Assembly (NCBI GenBank): GCA_951406725.2
Contig: OX597814.1
Span: forward strand, 51,770,001 to 51,834,000
Direction: 5' to 3'
Length of the DNA: 64,000 nucleotides
From: Octopus vulgaris
Lineage: Eukaryota
Each line of letters starts with the position of its first letter. Position 1 is the first letter of the stretch. The position numbers and the translations under genes were made by a program. Below, one piece after another: positions 25,681 to 38,642 of the stretch. Under the pieces are notes generated by a model, which saw only the letters and a program-made list of their open reading frames with translations, made no database searches and was not told where the DNA came from.

Positions 25681-25796
25681 AGACACAATATATTTATATT
25701 CATTGAAAGTAAAAACATGTAAATCAAATTCAAAGTAATACCTTAATTCTATAGTCACCATAGATACTTTTTTGGTTTGTGTGATGTAAAAATACC

Positions 25797-26957
25797 ATAT
25801 ATGCTGGCGTTGTAATACAACTTGGTGTACAAGGCAAATGCCAGGATTTCCATTTAGAAAGTAGGAATTGAGCTATACCTGCTATATAAGATTGACCCAA
25901 GTTATCGTGGAAAATAGTTTGGGTGCCAAAGGCATGAGGTTCATAGCTAAAAGGGTTTGTTTTTTTGTTTTACGAGACTATTGGTCTTGAAACAACATAT
26001 CCATTTTGACGCTGCTCACAGACCTGGTCTGTTACATGCTTCTCTGGAATCATGCCAGTGTGCAGTGCCTCCTCTCATTGCACATTCTGTCCTGGTTATA
26101 CTCCTTCATAAGTCTTCATTTAATCTCCAAATTCTTACCATCTTCCCGGTTACACTCTATTCTCTCGCAGCAGCTCAGTTGCTGTGGACTTGGTGTATGC
26201 TACCACTTTCAGCTTAAAACAGGTTCATATTGCCTTCGTTTATCACTTTGAGCCATGAGGGGGTTTTACAGTTGTTGGAAATTAATGTTCACTCAGTGAG
26301 AGTACTATGCTTATGAAAGAATGCCAACTTGATCCTTTCCAAGAAACCCTGTCTGTAAATGTTTGAAAGTAACCAGTAACTGTAAGGTTTATTGTGATTG
26401 GTCTGACTGACATGAACCAGCCAGTTACAGAAGGTATCAGTACATGCTGCTAATATAACAAGCAGGTTAGTTACTGTAAACTACACTTGTACTGAAAGCC
26501 CTAATCTGGCTGAATGCTGTATAAGAGAGCGCTCAAATGAGGCAGTGTAAACAGAACAGACCAAGGGACCAGGCTGAATAGGCTGATTGTTTACATTTTC
26601 TATTCGTCAGCTGTTGCAAGTGGCAACTGGTGTCTGTCTGCTAAGTTTGCTGTGCTGTTATTTTGATATAATTAACCTAATTTCTCAAACATACATGTAA
26701 GTATTAGTAGAACCACATGATCTATGCAAGTGGTTTACGGAGTTCTCCATCAATACATGCAAGTATTTGTTGAAAATACTGCGCTGTAGAACCATAGGAT
26801 CTATGCGAGTGGTTTACACTGTTCTCCATTGATATTGGTGTTACTCTAAGCCACAGGAAGTTAAGGTTTAGAATTTATACGGGGTATATAAGACAACCCT
26901 TAGTTTTGGGGTGATTGTTTTTTTGAAGATCAAATTCCATCCTGTACCCCGGTATAT
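25797..26957 (+). mobile_element. Internally deleted copy of the Tigger/pogo-like element
   Basis: Reverse-complement match to 12261-14345. It lacks the nested MITE and ends cctgtaccccggtata. Confidence 0.7.
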
Positions 26958-27291
26958 AGTAATTTAATTCAAGGATCAAAAAAGATCTGGATCACATTTT
27001 TCAATTCTTTTAATTTTGTTCCAAGTGCTTTCAGATTTGGTGAATTGAAAGCCATAGACATATTGGTGCTTGTTTCCATAGTAACAAGCCAAAGTATAGT
27101 CTACTTGTCACTGCACAACTGTTGATTAAAACACTGATATGTCAAATTTGAAAATTTTCACTTAATTTTGAAATTTCAATAAGTGTGAGCAAAACAGAAA
27201 AAAACCTAATTGTTATTAATTGAAAAGCAGAGTTAAATTTTAAGACTTTTACAAATTTTGAATTTGAACACTACTATTTTTCCCTTCGCAG

Positions 27292-27399
27292 TATGGAAAA
27301 ACAGCCCTTATGAAAGCTATAATGGTTAAAGACTCGAATATTTTTCATATCATCTGGCAACATAGAAATGACAGCATAAGTTTACTTGAAACAGACCTT
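27292..27399 (+). CDS. Exon: ankyrin repeat 2 (YGKTALMKAIMVKDSNIFHIIWQHRNDSISLLETDL)
   Basis: tcccttcgcag| ... |gtgaga; 108 nt, phase 0-0. Confidence 0.9.
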
Positions 27400-27782
27400 G
27401 TGAGATGAACACTTTTATTCTGCTATTTTAGCTATATTTTTCATTGAGATTGTCCTTAACATTAACTTTGTTGCTAGGATTCTGTACTTGCTCTCCCCTC
27501 TGTTCCTTCACAAACAACAATAATCATCTCATACTATCTTCATTGTCATTGTTGTTGTAGGTGTTGTTATCACCATTATAATCCTCATTTGTTTAATAAC
27601 AATTTCTTCTAACTTAGCATGTGTTTGATGTATTTGTGTAACCATGTACCTCTGTTATAAGTGTTTCTTTCCTGCAATCTTTAATTGTTGACCTGCTGCT
27701 TATTGTGTCAATATCTATGATTTTTTTAATAAAGCTGTTTCACTTTCCTTTGATTCTTTTGTGTCTGAATATGATCTTTCAG

Positions 27783-27881
27783 CAAGGCAAAACACTTCTT
27801 CATTTAGCAGTTGAAGTACAGTGGGAGAAATGTGTCTTGTTATTGATCAATAATGGTGCTTCAGTGAACTCATGTGACAAT
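27783..27881 (+). CDS. Exon: ankyrin repeat 3 (QGKTLLHLAVEVQWEKCVLLLINNGASVNSCDN)
   Basis: ctttcag| ... |gtaagt; 99 nt, phase 0-0. Confidence 0.95.
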
Positions 27882-28564
27882 GTAAGTTATTACTAATGGT
27901 TCTGGAATAACAGACTCGAGAAATTTAAATGAAAATATTAACAGTGTGCAAAGTAAATTTAAGTCATCAGTTCCCCCTATATTTTCCACTTGTTAAGGCT
28001 TTTTACACATAAGAACTATAAGGAAAATTATCTTTTTTCTTATCAATTCTGTTACTTGAGAGTCTCAATCACATTAACAGAAATTAAACTTTGCCATCAT
28101 GTCTAAAACTTAAAGCAACTAAGAAACATTTTACTTTGTTTATAACATGTTTTACTATAAATATCTTAATGTCTGCAGAACCATGTTATAGGCTCTAAAA
28201 GCAATGCATTGGGACCACTTACACAACCACAGTATACATAGATTACCATTGGATTTCTAAATTCAGTGTACTTCTGTCTTAAGATGGAACTAGTTTCTGA
28301 GATGAATTGTTGCTAACAGGATCGTAATTTTCCCAACTATCTGCCTAATCTTTACGGATGAAACTTATTTCAATATATTTCATTATTTATGTCAATATAT
28401 AAGTTCCTCATTCTCTCATTCATATGATGGCTTCTTTGTTTCCATCTGCTATATTCACTGATAAAGCATTGATGTGTCCAGAGTATCATGAAAGATGTGT
28501 TGCACAGCAGGTTTAAACTTTAAATCATGTGGTTGGGAAGCAGATTTCTCAACCACAGCCATTC

Positions 28565-28567
<3 letters not shown>

Positions 28568-28599
<32 letters not shown>

Positions 28600-28650
28600 T
28601 GTGTGCGTGCTCGCGTGCGTGCGTGTGTGCTCGCATGCGTGCGTGCGTGA
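28568..28650. repeat. (GT)n/(GCGT)n microsatellite
   Basis: Directly visible. Confidence 0.95.
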
Positions 28651-28759
28651 TCATCTGAGTTTTTTTCCAGAAGCATACTGTAACTTTTTTCTCCAAAACT
28701 GTCTCATTTGATTATTGCTAAATCATTATTTATTGAAAGCATTTTTGTCTTTGTTGAAG

Positions 28760-28858
28760 GAAGGAAAGATACCTCTAATGTTGGCTGCTTCACAAGGACA
28801 TAACAGAATTGTTGAACAACTTATTCTTGCTGGAAGTAATATATTGACTGCAGATAAG
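28760..28858 (+). CDS. Exon: ankyrin repeat 4 (EGKIPLMLAASQGHNRIVEQLILAGSNILTADK)
   Basis: ttgttgaag| ... |gtatga; 99 nt, phase 0-0. Confidence 0.95.
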
Positions 28859-29131
28859 GTATGATTATTCTTCAGATCAAATCTTATACTGATAGGGTTT
28901 ACAAAAATTGCATTTAAATTGTGGAAGTATTCGAAGTGACTGACTACTGAGTAATATAATACACACAATGAGAATAACGGAGTGGAAGTAGGAAAGGAAA
29001 CGAATACTATGAATTTAAAGTTTTCATAAGTGAATAATACTTTAAATTAGAAGTACTTGGAATGTTTAACATTAAGTTGTAAGTTGGAGCTAAAAAATGT
29101 ATGTTTTAATATAACTAAATTTCTAACATTC

Positions 29132-29346
29132 TTAAGGCGGCGAGCTGGCAGAAATGTTAGCATGCTGGGCGAAATGCATAGCGGTATTTCGTCTCTTTAC
29201 GTTCTGAGTTCAAATTCTGCCGAGGTTGACTTTGCCTTTCATCCTTTCAGGTGCAATAAATTAAGTACCAGTTGCATACTGGGGTCGATTTAATTGACTA
29301 GCCACCCCTCCCCAAAATTTCGGGCCTTGTGCCTAGATTAGAAAAG
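29132..29346 (+). mobile_element. tRNA-derived SINE (Meta-domain-like), full length
   Basis: A-box-like gagctggcagaa and B-box gagttcaaattc. 13-bp TSD atttctaacattc. Confidence 0.9.
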
Positions 29347-29598
29347 ATTTCTAACATTCATAGATTTAGTAGATATTTAGATACCTTGAACAAGGGGTGG
29401 GGTGGGGGTGGAACTGCGTTGTTCATACCTTTTGTGAAAGGTGTTAGTTATTATCATCCCTTTTACTTCTCCCTTCTCTTTTAGCCTCCTTTTTCTTTTA
29501 TCTTTCCATCTCTTTTTCTCCTTTTCTTTCTCCATGTAATTTGTTTTTGTTCCTGCTGTCATCAACACTGCCATGAAACTGAATGTTTCTACTTTCAG

Positions 29599-29703
29599 TA
29601 TGAAGAGACATCCATCTGTCATGCCTACCAGTCATTAATGTGGTGTACAGCTCAGCAAATGCTTAATAGACTCACAGCTAATGAGTGTAGACAGTATGTG
29701 AAG
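29599..29703 (+). CDS. Exon: degenerate ankyrin repeat 5 or cap (YEETSICHAYQSLMWCTAQQMLNRLTANECRQYVK)
   Basis: ctactttcag| ... AAG|gtaact; 105 nt, open, phase 0-0. Confidence 0.8.
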
Positions 29704-29851
29704 GTAACTTGAATTTGAATAATTTTGTATATTTTAGTGTCTATTTTTTATTTATTTATTATTTCTTTTGTAAAAAGTGAATAAATACCCTATTAAGCAG
29801 AATTCAGATATCTTGAGTAGATAAATACGAGATAACCAACCAAGATATTTG

Positions 29852-30883
29852 TGTAGAACGACTGTATGAAAGGAGATGGTGACAAAGAATGTCTCCTTTT
29901 AAATGCCGCACAGTCGCCTTACACTAAAGGCCAAGATAAGTGCCAAAAGGAATAAGAAAGATGACACAACCAATAATGTAAGAGAAAGGTTTTATTCAGA
30001 TGTTGACACGTGGGTAGCAGAGTGTTTGTGTATGAGTGCGACATAAGTGTGTGTCTGTGTGTGCGTGTCATAAGTGTGTACAAACAAGGTGTATGCAAGT
30101 GAGGTAAAATACAGAGCATAGAAAGAGTCTATAACAGGACACTAGAAGTTCAGACACAATGAAGTGTGAGATAAAATACAGAGCACAGAAAGTGTTTACA
30201 TCAGGATGCTAGAAGAAGATCACACAAGATGTAGATAAATACCAGTTCGTAGTAATGAACACAATAGTTAGTTCTGTAACAATGAGGTTGAGGCAAAAAG
30301 TGGAGAGCCGGTTACTACACGTGTAGAGGTTGAGGCTGCTATCCTGTGCTGGGTTACTTGGTACAGAAAGTTCTTGCAGGTAGACTGAGCTGTTAACCTT
30401 GGTGAGTAGTCACAAACAGCGTGAAGTTTAAACCTGGGCGTTGTTGCTGTGTGTGTATTGATGAAGACGATGGTGGTGAAGGTGACGGTGGAGAAAGGTC
30501 CTGAACTGCTGCTGTGGTGTTGGTATCACTGTTGCTGGAACATGACTGAGTCACTGGAACTGACTGTCTGTTGCTGGATGCTCTGTGGTCAATGGTCTAG
30601 GACCAAATACCAGTAATAGTTTGTTGTGACTAGCTTTTAAAGAGTTTAGTGGGCTCCAGAGAAAACCTAGAAAACTGTGTCACGGGACCTTATCAGAAGG
30701 TTGCGATTGGTTTGTTTACACATTGGCGTGAAATAAAGCAAGAGACAAAACTGCACCAAAACCAACCAATCAGAGCAGTGGACACAACTGGGCCTAAGCA
30801 GCCGAAGGCCGGCTGTTATATGCAATGTCTGCATTTGTATTATATCTCTCAAAGAGAGATGATGTATTTCACTAAGCGCTACA
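29852..30883 (-). mobile_element. Probable solo LTR (~1.03 kb)
   Basis: TGTAG...CTACA termini. CCAAT boxes and AATAAA are in LTR order on the minus strand. Imperfect 4-bp TSD tttg/gttg. Confidence 0.45.
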
Positions 30884-31250
30884 GTTGCATTACAGATCCT
30901 AGCATTGTATTGTGCTTGAAGTTAAGACACTCAGTTACTAAATGACCTAGTGTATTTTGCTGCATATGAGTACTGCAGGATAATAACTACAAACTCATTT
31001 CTGTGATCAGCAGTAGCACCATAGAATTGTATGCCTTACTGTAACAATTTTAATATCTCCTTCCACTTCCAGATCCCATCTGGCACAACTGTTAAAAAAT
31101 GCAGACTTTGTTTGAGAATACTTTTCTTGAACTGCCTTCTCTATAACATTAATGTTCTCAAATTCATGATCTATTCTTGTGATCTCTTAAAAGTATTTGG
31201 CACCTAAATATATTGCAAATCTCCTTCTCTTTGCCACACACACCACAAGC

Positions 31251-31364
<114 letters not shown>

Positions 31365-31945
31365 TATGTTACATCTGTATGGCAGTTGAGCCATTGATTT
31401 TAGCATGGCACTTCAAATTTAAAATTTACTATATTGTTACAGAACGAAAACAAAGAATAATTATAATACTTTGCATAGTTGGTTTTCATTCACTTGTTGA
31501 CTCTCTCAACTTACTGTTTATTTTAGTGAAATCAGCATTGTCAGTTTTTGTAGGATTTTTCCTTGGGTATCTTTTTTGTCAAGCCATTTATGTCAGGACT
31601 AATTATATTTCTTACAGAGGAAACGTTTACTACAGGCTACTCGTTTGTATTATTTACTCTCTCAAATCTCAATTACAGTTTAGTTCTTCAGTTTCTTTAA
31701 CACTGCTGAGTTTTGATCAATATTTATTTTAATTAGAAAAAGTTTCTTTAATATCAATTTATCTGAAGACTAAACTATTTTCTCTCTTAAAATAATAAAC
31801 AGTATTTTACATACATTTCATTAATTTAATTTCATTAATTTCTTACAATGAACTGACTTGTCAAAACAATATACTTCTGACCAATGCTGAATTATTTTTA
31901 AATACTAAAACCAAAATATCAAAATACTGATTTTTTTTTTTTCAG

Positions 31946-32275
31946 AGTCTGCTGGAGAAAATTCGTTCTCCAAAGGAGTGCACTGAAGCTGAAAAAATTG
32001 AATATTATGGTTGGATTCTTCTGTGTTTGATGGCAACTGCTCAACTAGTTGAGAAAGATGCATACATTATGAAAGTTTATTACAAACTAAAAGTGATAGC
32101 TAATGTGCTCAGCAGCCTGCAAATGTTCATCAATAAATGTGAAACAGTGACTTTTATCAGCCTCTTATGTGTCAACTGTTGTCTTACCTTTAATTTTGTG
32201 TCTTGTCAACTAGAAATTACCTACCGTTTTGTTCTGCAATTTCTCCATGCTGGTGGGCCAGAATTCTTTCTTAAG
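31946..32275 (+). CDS. Exon: Cys-rich helical region, part 1 (SLLEKIRSPK...FLHAGGPEFFLK)
   Basis: poly-T cag| ... AAG|gtaata; 330 nt, open, phase 0-0. Confidence 0.88.
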
Positions 32276-32559
32276 GTAATATCTCTAATTCTCTTCTATC
32301 TAGGTCTTTTTTTTTTTCAATCCTCATTATTTATTTATGACTTATATTTTCCTCAATTTACAAAAGTACTGAGACTTTACATAAACATCTGGATCATTCA
32401 TTTCTTCATTAATGGTTTAAGATTTTGAGAGTTGTAATATGAATTTAAGCTATAAACTAAGTACAAGGAAGGGCTTACTTAAATGAAGTAATACACTATA
32501 ATCGCTGGTTGGTAGACATACAAACATATACACACGCATTCATATATATATACATATAT

Positions 32560-32718
32560 ACGACGGGCTTCTTTCAGTTTCCATCTACCAAATCCACTCA
32601 CAAGGCTTTGGTCAGCCTGAGGCTATAGTAGAAGACACTTGCCCAAGGTGCCACATGGTGGGAATGAACCTGGAACCATGTGGTTGGTAAGCAAGCTACA
32701 TACTACACAGCCACTCCT
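32560..32718 (-). mobile_element. tRNA-derived CORE-type SINE
   Basis: The minus strand reads gtggctgtgtagta...ggttcattcc, then ggcaccttgggcaagtgtcttctactatagcc. Confidence 0.8.
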
Positions 32719-32744
32719 AAAGACTTCAATCATCATTCACCATC

Positions 32745-33300
32745 GTCATCATCATCATCATTTAATGTTCATTTTCCATGCTGGCATGGGTTGGATAATT
32801 TGACCAGAGCTGGCAAGCTAGAGAGCTGCACCAGGGTTCCAGTCTGATTTGGCATGGTTTCTATGGCTGGATGCCCTTCCTAATGCCAACCACTTTACAG
32901 TGTGTTCTGGGTGCTTTTAACATAGGACCAGCACTAATGCCTTCTGTGTGGTACCAGCACAAGACTCTTGCAGGTTGATCCTCTTCACCAGGAGGAGTGA
33001 CCTTAACACTTCTGTTGTAGAGTGCAGGTTTTCTTGAGCACAGTAAGGTGCCAGGTATCTTGATCCTTTCTCATCTCATCTGAAAGGTTCAGTGTCGTGT
33101 GGTCATCCTTCAGTACTTCGTCGTCTTCCTGGGTTTCCCTCTTCCACGTGTTCCATCTACTTTGAAAGTTTGGCACTTCTTTATGGAGCTGTCAGCATCC
33201 ATCTGCATCACATCTGCCAAACCAGTGCAGTCTTCTCTCTTGCACACTGCGTCTAATTCCTCTTATGCCTAATTTCTCTCTCAATACACTAGCATTCTGT
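32745..33300 (-). mobile_element. RTE LINE 3' fragment
   Basis: LREKLGIRGIRRSVQERRLHWFG plus 3' UTR and (CAT)n tail. Confidence 0.8.
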
Positions 33301-34413
33301 TGAACAAAAAAGTTGTGACAAATACAATATGAAATAAACCAGGTAGAAATATTTCTATTTGAAAGAGCACATGTGAGTGTGTTTGAACTTGATACCATGA
33401 GTTCATATAGCTAACTTAACCTTAAGTCAATTAAAGTCTTGTGAGTTAAATTAAGTTGATGAAAGCTGGATGAAAAATTATCAGAATGACCTTTCCTGTT
33501 TTTAAACAATAGATTTAAACTGTTGCCCAGATAGCACACCACTTAGGCTTTGGGTGCCTTTAGTAGTGTGTTAATTCTATTAGCAAGTATTCAGACTAGG
33601 TCCACTCTGAAGATGAAATATTACTACTAAATTTAATCCCCTTACACAATGGAAATAATTTAAGGTTTTTGAAAATAGAGCTTGAAGCTGATAACTTTAA
33701 AAATTACAAAAAAACTTATTTATAAGTGAACATTACATAATGCTAGACTATATTCTGGTTGTATGATAAAGTTGAATCTTATGAACTTGGAATTACATTC
33801 CCTCCAAATTTCAGATAAGGTTCTCTGCAATTTCCTCTATAAATTTATTTTAATATTATGTAAGAATATGAGAAAAAAATCAGAAAAGGTCAAGTGGGTC
33901 AAACTTTTTAAATAATTTTTGTTTAAAGTAATGGAAATAATCATAATACTATTTAGTTTGAAAATGTAGTTAGAACTTTGAAGATGAAAACTGTAACCAA
34001 CAGTTGATGGTATCAATCTAGATTCACAAAATGATAGATCAGTTTGATTGACTTAGTCTGAGGTTTCGATTTTATTATGCCACTCAAAGGAGAAAGAGAA
34101 AATCTGAGGAAAAGAATTTAAAAATTCCATTTTTGTCAACTGAAAAATGCTGATTAAATAGGTAGGACCAATTGAATAAAATGTTTATGATGGGAAAAAT
34201 TAGCTAAAACAAAGAAAACAGGTGTGCTGGAATTGATAATGGTGGTGATTATGATAAAAATTATATTCTATATATGCAGGAAGCCTGATTTATGAAAGAA
34301 GAGAAAGTGTGAAGTTATGCCATTCATGACTTTGCTGTGAATGAAATACTATAAAGAAAACAGTTGAAACATTGATATGTATTGTTTTTAATATTATAAT
34401 TTTCTTTTATCAG

Positions 34414-34644
34414 GCAGCTACTTTTCACCAAAAAGATGGAAATAAAAATTACTTTTGTTCAACAGCATGTCTCCTTCCAATATTATTTTTGTCTGAAGTA
34501 AATTCAGGAAAGGAGTGGCTTAGAAATAATGTCATGAGATTGCTTCCATTAGTGCAAAGTTTCCAAGATTGTTGTCTGGAAAACTGCTTTTTGATGTTCA
34601 CTATAAAATTGTCTGGTAAAGGATCTCAGTCAATCCATAAAAAG
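34414..34644 (+). CDS. Exon: helical region, part 2 (AATFHQK...SQSIHKK), with a predicted GC donor
   Basis: cttttatcag| ... AAG|gcaagt; 231 nt. The phase-0 GC donor keeps frame with exon 38643. Confidence 0.8.
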
Positions 34645-35305
34645 GCAAGTATTTATTCATCAGAAAGGATTTTATTGTCGAGAATTGAATTTTAAATACC
34701 AAAATGCAAGATCATTGATTATATCCTGTTATCCATTTTTAAGCAGCAATGATTAATCAGTCAAGTGTTCGCCTGTAGTTTCCTTGTAAATTCATTTCCT
34801 GGACAGAACATTTGTCTATTAAAAATTGATTTCCCTATGTAACAAGGCAGTATAAAAAAGCAGAAGCAAAATGACTGATTGGTTATAGTATTGACTACAG
34901 GCTCATAAGTTTGAAGTTTAAATCCTTTGCAGTCATCGTGTCATGTGTTTTCATGCAGAGCTATCTTGTTAAGAAGTTTGCTTTATGAACTTATGGTATC
35001 AAGTTCAAGTACCTTCTTCTACTGCCTTTGGTCAATTAAAGAGTTGTGAGTGAAATACAGTTGATGGAAGCTGGATGAAAAATCATCAGAGTGACCTTTC
35101 CAGTTTTTGAGGGATAGATTTAAACTGTTGTCTAGATAGCATCACCTACTTGGTCTTAGGGCGTCTTTAGTAGTGGTGTTAAATTCAGGCCAGCTCCACT
35201 CTCTCACCACTATAAGAGATTCTGAAAAAGGTCATAGATGTTGCGCTTCCTCTTGAAGTCATGTAAAAATATTACTAAATGTATTAATTTCTATTCATAT
35301 AACTA

Positions 35306-36331
35306 CAGGGTCTTGCAGATAAATTGAGACAATTTTTATGATGCATACAACTAGTTATAAATACTAAAATAATGGTAGTAGACAAATATAATTCTGATAT
35401 AACATTTATTACAACTAAAACGCTTATCACTCAATATGGCCACCCTTTTGGGCAATTACTGCCTCCACATGAGAAAGAAATGTTTTGCAGCTGCTGCAAC
35501 CTCTGCCTTTTTCATTTTGTATGTTGCACATATGATGCAGGTCTTCAAACACTCGAGTGTGGTGTAGCATTGGTCCTTGCTTGAATTATATCCCATAAAA
35601 AGTAATTGAGATGGTTGAAATCTTGGCTATTACTGGGCCCTCACAAAAAATGGCATCTTCTCAGCAAGGAAGGCTTGTGTTCCTTTTGACCTCAGGTATG
35701 GTGCAGAATCCTAGATAAGCACCACATTTTCAGGCCCAAACTTCTGCTCCATCCAAGGTATCAGAGAGTTCTTCAGGATGTCCAGAATGAAGTGTGAATC
35801 CATGACACTTCCATCACTCGCCACGGCTCCAAATACCATCACAGAAGCAGGATTCTTAGTCTCAAACACAGTGGAGACATCAGAAGGGTATGCAATCACT
35901 CGAGAATTTCTGTGATTCATCTCAGCATCCAGAGTGAACTTCTCGTCCACAAACACGAGAGTTTTTCCTGCACCATGATGCTTGATGAATGATAGAAGCT
36001 TTGGGCATCTCTCAGCTCTGATTGCTTTGACCTTGGCTGTTAAGAGGCAATGGCGTTGTTGAATGTTTATACAGACAATAAATTGTTGTTTTTGGAAGTT
36101 TCATCAACTTAGCAATTTTATTGGCAGTGTGCCTGGTGTGCACTAAAACAATAAGGGCGGAATGATTCTGTTGTTCCATGACTTTCTGTTGTCGAATCAG
36201 TTCACTATTTACCTGAAAAAACAAAGAGGAGGATTAGATTTTTAAGCAAGCAAGGATTTATCAAAAAATAAAATGTTAAACCCACTAAGTCAACTGCTTA
36301 AAATTGGTCTCAATTTATCTGCAAGATCTTG
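35306..36331 (-). mobile_element. Tc1/mariner-superfamily element, maT (DD37D)-like, degenerate
   Basis: TIRs cagggtcttgcagataaattgagac and gtctcaatttatctgcaagatcttg, with TA on the left. Motifs FVDEKFTL..N.RNSR, SVMVFGAVASDG, *DSAP and PSNSQDFNHLNY. Confidence 0.8.
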
Positions 36332-38183
36332 TTCAAGGAATGAAAAGTAGTTAAGTTTTGAATAACAAAGTTTATGCTGGTAGTTACATGTCAGTGTACT
36401 CATTTGTAGGTTAGTACATTTGATTACAGATTAAGGCTATGTGTTGAGTATTGAAAACTTCAGGTTTGGAATGAAGTTCAAACCTCAACAAATAACACAT
36501 TTATGTTTTGAAATTTTTCAGAAACAAATTATGGCAATAAAGAAAACTATAATCATGATTTAAATTCTAGCCTCTATTTTAATCCTATAGTTAGCCCTAA
36601 TTTGAATTAATTTGGATTTTAAATCTAATATCTATCTTAGCTTTAGAGCAGCTGTAATCATAGCCAGGATAACAATCAGGATATGATTGACAGTATTTAT
36701 ATGGATTTCATGCTTATTGCATTATTTTATAGACATTATACTGTCACATACTGATATTTATTCATGATATTTATTGTAGATTATCATATTCAATTGCATT
36801 TATTATAATGTTTAGTGTATCCTGTTTCAATAACTAGAGAAAGCCTCTGGCAATGTTGGGTGAGAGTCTTATCCCAAAAGATTAACAAGTAATGGATACT
36901 ATGAAATATTAATTTTGTTCTTACATTCAAAGACCTTTGAATCAGAGAGAAAAGATAAAAACAATTGTTTTAACTCCATATTAAAAAAAAATATCTGTTC
37001 TATAACTCTGAAAGAGTTAGACATCTTCTCTGGTTTAGAATTCTTAAATACCAGTATTTATCAATGAGGTAGTAAACCTATTTCACTTGCAGAAAGAGGA
37101 AATGAGAGCTGTGACATTTATGCCATTACAAAATAGCTAATGTTATATATATGGTTGGATGAATTTGGGACAAAGGAAACTGTATAGAAGCCTGTTGGAT
37201 AAACTGTGCCTAATCTTGAGAGAAAAACAAAGGCCAAGTTGGGTGTTATCCAGTTCAGTACTCCACTTGGCTATATGTGCTTTTGCTAAGTTTATTTTTT
37301 TACAAACATTCAGAGCAGGTCTGTGGAAAACATTACAAGTTATAGTTTCTTCTTCTCTCTGACCCCACCTCCAACCCATGAAAAAAAATGGTTATCAATG
37401 TTTTGACCATTTGTACTTCTATGTCTGACTATCGTGCACTGCATCAAGATGCCTTACTTAGTACTGCATCTCATGTTCCTTGTCCTCCTCTGCTCTTGTG
37501 CAAATTGAGGGTTTGCAGTGCAATGGCAGAAAACCTTATCAAAGACTTTCATTGTTTCACTTAGCATGTTGCTGGAGCAGGCCATACTTCACTTTTGTAC
37601 TTGTCAACTAGTCTTTCAACAAATTATAGCATTTTCTATGGTCTTTACCATATTGTCATTATTGCTAAAATAAGTACCACTAATACATTAGTTTGATTCA
37701 TTTGTATAACTTTGTCACTTTTAAGAATGAATCATATCTATTGTCATTATTCAGTCTCTAAAGAATTAATAAGAATGGTATAATAATAAACTGTTTAATG
37801 GCATTGATATTCATCTGTCTATATTGTGTCTATATTCACCTTGCCAGGGTCAATACAATATCTCAAACATTGTAGTCAATGAAATGGATTATATGTTCCC
37901 CTTAGAAATTTATGGAGTTTTATTTACATAATGATCCATTTTTTAATTTATAATGATTAATAGGCTGGCAGAAATGGTAGTGCCAGTATTTAGTTATGGC
38001 CCTTACCATTTTAAGTTAAAATCTTAATGTTGTTAACTTTGCCTTTCATTCTTCTGAGGTCAAGGACTATTAATTATTAAACCATCAATACTTTTTCCAA
38101 TAATTGTACTGCCTTTTTGGCAAGGCTAAATTTGTCTTGTCATAGGATCCAAGTTCAAATTCCATTAGAATTTACTTTGTTTT

Positions 38184-38387
38184 AAGGTGGTGAGTTGGCA
38201 GAAATGTTAGCACGCCGGGCGACATGCTTAGCGGTATTTCGTCTGTCTTTACATTCTGAGTTCAAATTCTGCTGAGGTCAACTTTGCCTTTCAGGGTCGA
38301 TAAATTAAGTACCAGTTGCATACTGAGGTCAATCTAATCGACTAGCCCCCTCCCACAAAATTTCGGGCCTTGTGCCTAGAGTAGAAA
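38184..38387 (+). mobile_element. tRNA-derived SINE (Meta-domain-like)
   Basis: Same family as 29132. 17-bp TSD agaatttactttgtttt. Confidence 0.9.
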
Positions 38388-38642
38388 AGAATTTACTTTG
38401 TTTTTTTATATTTGTTTGGTCAGTGAAGTAAGCACCAGCAATATATTGATTTGATAACATTGTATATCTGTTTTCCTTCCTGCAAAAGTTTGTTTTGTGC
38501 TTTTATCAAAACAAGCTATTATAAAAATGACCGTTATCTAGAAATTAGATGCTTTTTAAGTCTTTCTACATTGGTATATTTCCTTTCACACTTTATAGAT
38601 AAAATCCAATTGATTTTGAAATTCTTGTGAATTTTTTCTTAG

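Noticed and set aside
29132-29230. tRNA gene-like A/B boxes
   Set aside because: SINE heads with TSDs and multiple copies; no cloverleaf.
31618-31680. Possible small exon RKRLLQATRLYYLLSQISIT after a good acceptor
   Set aside because: No convincing in-phase donor, and exons 29703 and 31946 already join in frame.
37159-37362. 67-aa ORF inside the GC-AG intron
   Set aside because: No suitable acceptor/donor pair found, and it is not needed for frame.
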